From: Nonlabens ponticola
GTDB taxonomy: Bacteria; Bacteroidota; Bacteroidia; Flavobacteriales; Flavobacteriaceae
DNA: 32,000 bases
Assembly: GCF_003966335.1 (NCBI RefSeq)
Contig: NZ_CP034549.1
Coordinates: 1,890,001-1,922,000 of the forward strand
Direction of reading: 5' to 3'
How positions within the stretch are numbered: the stretch's first letter is position 1; each line of letters starts with the position of its first letter. This document shows positions 26,633-32,000 of the stretch, piece after piece. Under the pieces are notes generated by a model. It had not been told where the DNA came from, made no database searches, and worked only from the letters and a program-made list of their open reading frames with translations. The translations under genes and the position numbers were made by a program.

Positions 26633-29600
26633 TTATTTATCCGCTAACCATACACGAGCATTCACAAATGCTGCCAACCATGGTGTAACTTCATCTTCTC
26701 TGTGATCGTCTGGATAAAACGCCCAATTCCATGTAAAAGTAGATCTTTCTAAATGTGGCATCATCACCAAGTGACGGCCATCATCGCTGTTCAGCATTGC
26801 AGCATTATAGGCAGACCCATTAGGATTAGCTGGATAGCTATTATATGCATAGGTCGCAGGAATGTTGTAAGCATTTCGCTCTTTAGGTAAGTGAAATTTA
26901 CCTTCACCGTGCGCCGCCCATATTCCTAATTTGCTACCGGCTAGACTTTTGAGCATAATAGAATTGTTTTCTACGATTTCTACACTGGTGAAACTACATT
27001 CAAATTTACCAGAATCGTTATGTAGCATTTTAGGCTTGTCATCATGATCTGGATTGATCAAACCTAACTCCACAAATAGTTGGCATCCATTACAAACGCC
27101 CAGGCTCATCGTGTCTTCACGAGCAAAGAAATTCGTCAGCGCCTTATTCGCCTTGTCATTGTATTTGAATGCACCAGCCCAACCTTTGGCACTTCCCAAA
27201 ACATCACTATTTGAAAATCCACCAACAGCTGCTATGAACTGAACCTCTTCCAGCGTTTCTCTACCAGTTATCAAATCTGTCATGTGAACGTCCAGTACTT
27301 CAAAACCTGCTAGATATAAGGCTCTTGCCATTTCCCGCTCACTATTACTTCCTTTTTCACGTATGATGGCTGCCTTAATTTTCTTCTTAGGCAATTCAGG
27401 TAATTTCCCAGTGTGCTGCTCAGGGAATTTGAATTTTAGCGGTTGGTTTTTATAGTTCTCAAAGCGCTCATCGGCTTTTTGTTCACCTGATTGATGAGCA
27501 TCGAGTAGGTGCGAGGTCTCATACCATTGATCGCGATACTTCGCCACATCTAATTCTAGATCGTTAATGACAACTTGACCAGTGGTAGTAGCATGTCCAA
27601 TGTGATAAAACGGTATTCCAGTATCAGATAGTTCTTTCTCGATACTGCGATCGGCGGTTTGCAGGATGATTCCAGCATTTTCTGCAAAAAGGATCTTGAT
27701 AATATCACCACCCAATTCGGCGAGATCCAATTGCATTCCTACATTGCTAGATGGGAAACACATTTCTAATAAGCTAGTGATCAAACCACCGCTTGCAACG
27801 TCGTGTCCTGCTAGCACACCACCTTTTTTAATGTGTTGTTGTATGGTTGTCCACGCTTTCGCGAAAGCGGAACTATCAACAATCGTAGGCACTTCTTGAC
27901 CAACAGCACCACGAGTTTGACCAAAACTAGAACCACCTAATTTATGAGCATCACCACTCATATTGATGTAGTAAACAGGTGCGTCCTCTATGGGTTGCAA
28001 CACAGGTTCAACGACTTGAGTAATGGCGTCGCAACTACCTACCGCAGTGATGATAACGGTTCCAGGCGAGAGTACTTCCTTATCTGGATACTTTTGCTTC
28101 ATGCTCAGGCTATCCTTACCGGTGGGAATGTTGATACCCAACTCAATGGCAAAGTTGCTAACTGCCTCAACAGCGGCATATAATCTAGCGTCCTCGCCAG
28201 GATTGTTACATGGCCACATCCAGTTGGCGCTCAGGCTAACTCCAGCCAGGCCTTTTTCCATCGGTGCAAAAACAAGGTTCGTCAATGCCTCGGCAATACT
28301 GTTTCTGGCGCCAGCTACTGGATCAATCAATCCGCTGATTGGGCTGTGACCTAAAGTCGTGGCAATGCCGTTGACTCCATTATAATCCATGGCCATAACG
28401 CCTACATTATTGAGAGGTAATTGTAGCTCACCGCAAGTTTGTTGCTTGGCAACTCTACCACTTACACAACGATCTACTTTGTTGGTTAGCCAGTCTTTAC
28501 ATGCTACAGCCTCAAGTTTTAGTACATCTGTAATGTAGCTGGTAATTTCTTGTTGCTTATACTCGATTTCTTGATACTTACGATCAACGGTTTCATCCTT
28601 CATGATGGTTTTAGGACTGGAACCAAACATATCTTCCAGCGCGAGATCCATCGGGCTGCGACCATCCTTTTCACTAAAAACGAACTTATTATCACCAGTC
28701 ACTTTTCCAACCTTATAGAATGGTGCTCGTTCTCGTTGTGCAATGCGCTCTAAATGCGCTGTATCCTTAGAATCCATGACTAGACCCATACGTTCTTGGG
28801 ACTCATTACCTATCAATTCCTTGCGCGATAGAGTAGGATCACCTACTGGCAATGCGTCTACATCGATCGTACCACCAGTTTCCTCAACCAACTCTGATAA
28901 ACAATTAAGATGTCCACCAGCACCGTGGTCGTGAATGGATTTGATGAGATTATTATCACTTTCTACCATGGCACGCACAGCATTTGCTGCACGTTTTTGC
29001 ATTTCTGGATTGGATCGTTGTACCGCGTTGAGTTCAATGCCGCTATCCATGGCGCCAGTATCTGCACTGCTTACCGCAGCGCCGCCCATTCCTATACGGT
29101 AGTTGTCGCCACCCATGACGACGATATCATCGCCTGGTGCCGGCGTGATTTTAAGTGCCTGTGAATGTTTACCATAACCAACGCCACCAGCTTGCATGAT
29201 GACTTTATCATAGCCTAGATTTTGTCCAGCTTCCTGATGCTCAAACGTCAGTACCGAACCAGCGATGAGCGGCTGGCCAAATTTGTTGCCAAAATCACTG
29301 GCACCATTAGATGCCTTGATTAAAATATCCAGCGGTGTTTGATACAACCAGTCACGCGCTTCAAAATTTTGTTCCCACGGCCTGTCTTGCGCCAGTCGTG
29401 AATAGCTGGTCATGTAAACGGCTGTTCCTGCGAGTGGTAGCGAACCTTGACCACCAGCAAGTCTATCGCGTATCTCACCACCAGAACCAGTTGCCGCGCC
29501 ATTGAATGGCTCAACGGTCGTTGGGAAATTATGCGTTTCGGCTTTTAAAGAGATGACACTATCAAACAAACTGGTTTGATAAACATCAGGCTTGTCGGCG

Positions 29601-30274
29601 GTTGCAGGTGCAAACTGTTCTGCTTGCGGTCCTTTTATAAAAGCCACATTGTCTGAATAGGCACTGATAATCTCGTTAGGATTTTCCTTGCTGGTCTTTT
29701 TTATAAGTTGAAATAGAGAGCTGTTCTTTTCCTCACCATCGATGATAAATGTGCCGTTGAATATCTTGTGACGGCAGTGCTCACTATTTACTTGCGAGAA
29801 CCCAAAAACTTCAGAATCAGTTAGTGGTCGTTCCAGTTTTTTTGATAAGCCCATTAGGTAATCGATCTCATCGTCACTTAGTGATAAGCCTTCCTGCATG
29901 TTGTATGCAGCAATGTCTTCAATTTCTTGAACGCCAGCGGCCTCAACATCGATTGTAAAACGATCCTGATCTAATTGATCACATTTCATCAATAGCATCT
30001 TGTCATAGTCACTATCTGCGGTACAAGCGTTGAATTGTTCAATACGCTTGATACCGTCAATTTGCATGTTCTGGGTGATTTCCACAGCATTCGTTGACCA
30101 TGGTGTAATAGTCGTGGCACGAGGTCCAGTGAAATATCCTGGAATAGATTTAGCCTCTATTTTTGGCATGTTGCCAAAAAGCCACTGCAACTTTTTGTCA
30201 TCTTCATCACTCAGTTCTTGTGTAGTTTGAACGGCATAAACTAGGGTAGATGGGTCGCCATAAAAGTGGATCAT
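26633..30274 (-). CDS. purL: Phosphoribosylformylglycinamidine synthase, single-chain large PurL
   Basis: 1213 aa. It has FGAM synthase AIR-synthase-like repeats (SEHCRHKIF, ETHNFPT.VEPF.GAATG.GG.IRD) and a C-terminal glutaminase domain (GVCNGCQ, HGEG, MPHLER). Confidence 0.95.
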   Translation of the reverse strand: MIHFYGDPSTLVYAVQTTQELSDEDDKKLQWLFGNMPKIEAKSIPGYFTGPRATTITPWSTNAVEITQNMQIDGIKRIEQFNACTADSDYDKMLLMKCDQLDQDRFTIDVEAAGVQEIEDIAAYNMQEGLSLSDDEIDYLMGLSKKLERPLTDSEVFGFSQVNSEHCRHKIFNGTFIIDGEEKNSSLFQLIKKTSKENPNEIISAYSDNVAFIKGPQAEQFAPATADKPDVYQTSLFDSVISLKAETHNFPTTVEPFNGAATGSGGEIRDRLAGGQGSLPLAGTAVYMTSYSRLAQDRPWEQNFEARDWLYQTPLDILIKASNGASDFGNKFGQPLIAGSVLTFEHQEAGQNLGYDKVIMQAGGVGYGKHSQALKITPAPGDDIVVMGGDNYRIGMGGAAVSSADTGAMDSGIELNAVQRSNPEMQKRAANAVRAMVESDNNLIKSIHDHGAGGHLNCLSELVEETGGTIDVDALPVGDPTLSRKELIGNESQERMGLVMDSKDTAHLERIAQRERAPFYKVGKVTGDNKFVFSEKDGRSPMDLALEDMFGSSPKTIMKDETVDRKYQEIEYKQQEITSYITDVLKLEAVACKDWLTNKVDRCVSGRVAKQQTCGELQLPLNNVGVMAMDYNGVNGIATTLGHSPISGLIDPVAGARNSIAEALTNLVFAPMEKGLAGVSLSANWMWPCNNPGEDARLYAAVEAVSNFAIELGINIPTGKDSLSMKQKYPDKEVLSPGTVIITAVGSCDAITQVVEPVLQPIEDAPVYYINMSGDAHKLGGSSFGQTRGAVGQEVPTIVDSSAFAKAWTTIQQHIKKGGVLAGHDVASGGLITSLLEMCFPSSNVGMQLDLAELGGDIIKILFAENAGIILQTADRSIEKELSDTGIPFYHIGHATTTGQVVINDLELDVAKYRDQWYETSHLLDAHQSGEQKADERFENYKNQPLKFKFPEQHTGKLPELPKKKIKAAIIREKGSNSEREMARALYLAGFEVLDVHMTDLITGRETLEEVQFIAAVGGFSNSDVLGSAKGWAGAFKYNDKANKALTNFFAREDTMSLGVCNGCQLFVELGLINPDHDDKPKMLHNDSGKFECSFTSVEIVENNSIMLKSLAGSKLGIWAAHGEGKFHLPKERNAYNIPATYAYNSYPANPNGSAYNAAMLNSDDGRHLVMMPHLERSTFTWNWAFYPDDHREDEVTPWLAAFVNARVWLADK
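27854..27869. repeat. In-CDS copy of the palindrome (CGCTTTCGCGAAAGCG) inside purL
   Basis: Perfect 16-nt palindrome. Its flanks (atggttgtcc ... gaact) closely resemble intergenic copy 5 (atggttgtt ... gaatt). It encodes SAFAKAW of PurL on the minus strand. Confidence 0.8.
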
Positions 30275-30296
30275 GAGGTGCTATTTTTGGATCACA

Positions 30297-30304
30297 CAAA
30301 GATA
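30297..30304 (-). promoter_or_regulatory. Candidate -7 promoter box (TATCTTTG on the minus strand) for purL
   Basis: Exact TAnnTTTG match 22 nt upstream of the purL ATG at 30274. Confidence 0.4.
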
Positions 30305-30330
30305 CTTTTTTATGAGTAGATTGATGGTTG

Positions 30331-30352
30331 TTACGCTTTCGCGAAAGCGGAA
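30331..30352. repeat. Palindromic intergenic element, copy 5 (TTACGCTTTCGCGAAAGCGGAA)
   Basis: The 16-nt core is exact. The flank gatggttg lies 5' on the plus strand. It sits between the GNAT stop (30386) and the purL promoter, which is a terminator-like position. Confidence 0.85.
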
Positions 30353-30385
30353 TTATAACCACCTTTTTAACACTGAAATGACTAG

Positions 30386-30928
30386 TTATAAATTCAATTT
30401 CATGCGATACATGCCACGATATGTTGATCGCATGCTAGGGCTATCGAGAACAAAAGCGTGATCAATTTCAAAACCAACTTTTTTATAAAACTGAATCGCT
30501 TGTTGCTGACTGTCCATCGATTCTAACCATATGCAATCAAAATTTTGCTTTCTAGCGTAAGCTATTAGCCAGCTAATAAGCTCTTTGCCTATGCCCAAAC
30601 CATGAACTGCTGGATCAAGGTATAAGCGAAGTAGTTTGATGGCTTTTGTATTTTTTATTGACGGCATCACAGCTTCTATAAACCTGAATATTCCAACAAT
30701 TTGCTTGTTAAAATTGACGAAGTAGTAAACGGCGTTTGAGTCTGCTAGATCTGTTTTAAGTTGCTCTTCATTATACTGTGAATATACATACTCGCTACCA
30801 TCATCAAACCATAGATGCTGGTAAACGGGTCGATAAATACGCATCATGAGATCGAGAAGTTGTTCATGATCCTTATGAAAAATACGCTCAAGTTGTAGGT
30901 TTTGGTAAATAATTATCGAGTCCTTCAA
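30386..30928 (-). CDS. GNAT-family N-acetyltransferase
   Basis: An acetyl-CoA-binding motif-A-like segment is present (LYLDPAVHGLGIGKELISWLIAYARK), followed by IWLESMDSQQQAIQFYKKVGF. The start is TTG at 30926-30928, one nt after the upstream TAA. The start assignment is uncertain. Confidence 0.7.
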   Translation of the reverse strand: MKDSIIIYQNLQLERIFHKDHEQLLDLMMRIYRPVYQHLWFDDGSEYVYSQYNEEQLKTDLADSNAVYYFVNFNKQIVGIFRFIEAVMPSIKNTKAIKLLRLYLDPAVHGLGIGKELISWLIAYARKQNFDCIWLESMDSQQQAIQFYKKVGFEIDHAFVLDSPSMRSTYRGMYRMKLNL

Positions 30929-30929
30929 C

Positions 30930-31841
30930 TTACCTCACGCTATAAATTTGAACTTTATTTTGACGGTTAAGCGGCAACACCATCAATTGTTTATCCTGAA
31001 TGTATAGAATATCACCAACGCTAAATTCTGAAGTGAAAAAATCTTCAAAGCCACCATCTTTTGAAGCTTTGTGAATGGTGCCGGCACTCCAATCTGATAT
31101 AAGAAAATGGCTCTCATCAAACAGCTGCACACCGTCTAGATTACCTTGCGGTGATGCGGTAATATTGGTAACTTTCTTTGAATAAGGATCAACTTTTAAA
31201 AATCTACCAGAAGATTTTTCACCTTCAACTTTTGACGGCAAACCCCATGCAGCCACATATAATTGATTATTGACAGCTAAGAGTCCATTAGGATTTTCTA
31301 GCAATGGCGAGGTCATCCATCGCGCATAAACGCGGTTAGGAGATAACCTATAAATAGATGATGATCGCATATCAGATACGTACACGTTGCCTTGATCATC
31401 TACTGCCACATCATTTAGGAACTGTTCATCACCTAGACTATATTCTTGTTTGATTTTACCTGATTTACGATCAATCGCGACAAGTTTTGTGACATCTGAA
31501 ACATAGATTGCGTCATTTTTGATGGCAATCCCTTTTGGATTATCTAGACCAGTGGTAAATGTTAGATCGAGTACATTGCCTTGAAGATCAAGTGTTGCAA
31601 TACTGCCGTCACCAGGTTCTTGCTCACCTTGAACAGACACGTAAAGCCGATCGTATATAGGATCATAAAAGACAGATTCTGCATGTGCGAGATTAGGCGT
31701 TTCAGATAAAAGCGTGATGACTGGTGGCGTCGATATGGACAACCGCTTTTCATTAGTTTCTTGAACTTTTGAATTTTGCGTGTTTTGAGTTTTGCAGGAA
31801 ACAATCGCTAGAAATATCAAGGCGAGAGAAATAGTCTTCAT
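30930..31841 (-). CDS. Beta-propeller-like lipoprotein (SGL/NHL-type blades), function unknown
   Basis: It has a lipoprotein signal (LIFLAIVSC). Blade-like units recur (LYVSVQG, IYVSDVTKLVAID, VYVSDMRSSSIYRL, LYVAAWG). The family call is tentative. Confidence 0.55.
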   Translation of the reverse strand: MKTISLALIFLAIVSCKTQNTQNSKVQETNEKRLSISTPPVITLLSETPNLAHAESVFYDPIYDRLYVSVQGEQEPGDGSIATLDLQGNVLDLTFTTGLDNPKGIAIKNDAIYVSDVTKLVAIDRKSGKIKQEYSLGDEQFLNDVAVDDQGNVYVSDMRSSSIYRLSPNRVYARWMTSPLLENPNGLLAVNNQLYVAAWGLPSKVEGEKSSGRFLKVDPYSKKVTNITASPQGNLDGVQLFDESHFLISDWSAGTIHKASKDGGFEDFFTSEFSVGDILYIQDKQLMVLPLNRQNKVQIYSVR

Positions 31842-31919
31842 CGTGTTTTATTTGAGATTTAAAAGTACGGTTTCTGTAATTGTGAGCATGATGGATTCTT
31901 GCGACATGAGATTGGTGTG

Positions 31920-31940
31920 TTAGCTTTCGCAAAAGCGTAA
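31920..31940. repeat. Palindromic intergenic element, copy 6 (degenerate: TTAGCTTTCGCAAAAGCGTAA)
   Basis: There is one core mismatch. The flank attggtgtg lies 5' on the plus strand. It sits 79 nt upstream of the lipoprotein gene start. Confidence 0.75.
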
Positions 31941-32000
31941 CCGCAATCAATCGTTAAGCTTATTTAAAGGACGAGTCATTAATCATTGAGATCTCGTAAA

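Noticed and set aside
30275-30385. Possible purine/ZTP-type riboswitch in the purL leader
   Set aside because: The predicted -7 box leaves a leader of only about 15-20 nt. The remaining upstream sequence is the palindromic element, and no pfl/ZTP or purine riboswitch consensus segments are visible.
1-32000. Mobile element, prophage or integrative island
   Set aside because: The window contains no transposase, integrase, recombinase or phage structural genes, no tRNA attachment site and no long terminal inverted or direct repeats. The only dispersed repeat is the 22-nt palindrome.

Overview
This window reads as an ordinary chromosomal segment of a Bacteroidota genome, probably Flavobacteriaceae. 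The supporting signs are a T9SS C-terminal sorting domain, lipoprotein signals, no Shine-Dalgarno sequences, and TAnnTTTG -7 boxes upstream of several genes. I call 23 protein genes, and most are housekeeping. They are: the 3' part of a metallophosphoesterase/Omp85-like outer-membrane protein, an RsmI-like methyltransferase, a DnaQ-exonuclease/GIY-YIG fusion, a long-chain acyl-CoA ligase, ClpB, YtxJ plus an M48 peptidase, a UMF1/Atg22-type MFS transporter, a CDP-alcohol phosphatidyltransferase, Lon, a J-domain/KTSC protein, PurL, a GNAT acetyltransferase and a beta-propeller lipoprotein. Three regions look more accessory. The first is a 1573-aa T9SS-secreted beta-helix protein built on about three 981-bp near-identical tandem repeats. 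The second is a four-gene operon: ECF sigma, anti-sigma-like protein, and two secreted beta-repeat proteins. The third is four small envelope-protein genes packed directly behind purL, one of which resembles the DUF5706/PycTM membrane family. The clearest signal not explained by genes is a short palindromic element with core GCTTTCGCGAAAGC. It occurs in six intergenic regions with a one-sided GGTKTG-like flank, and also in frame inside purL and inside the MFS gene. I found no rRNA, tRNA, CRISPR array, transposase, integrase or recognisable complete defence system. All family assignments come from motif recognition by eye, with no searches run.
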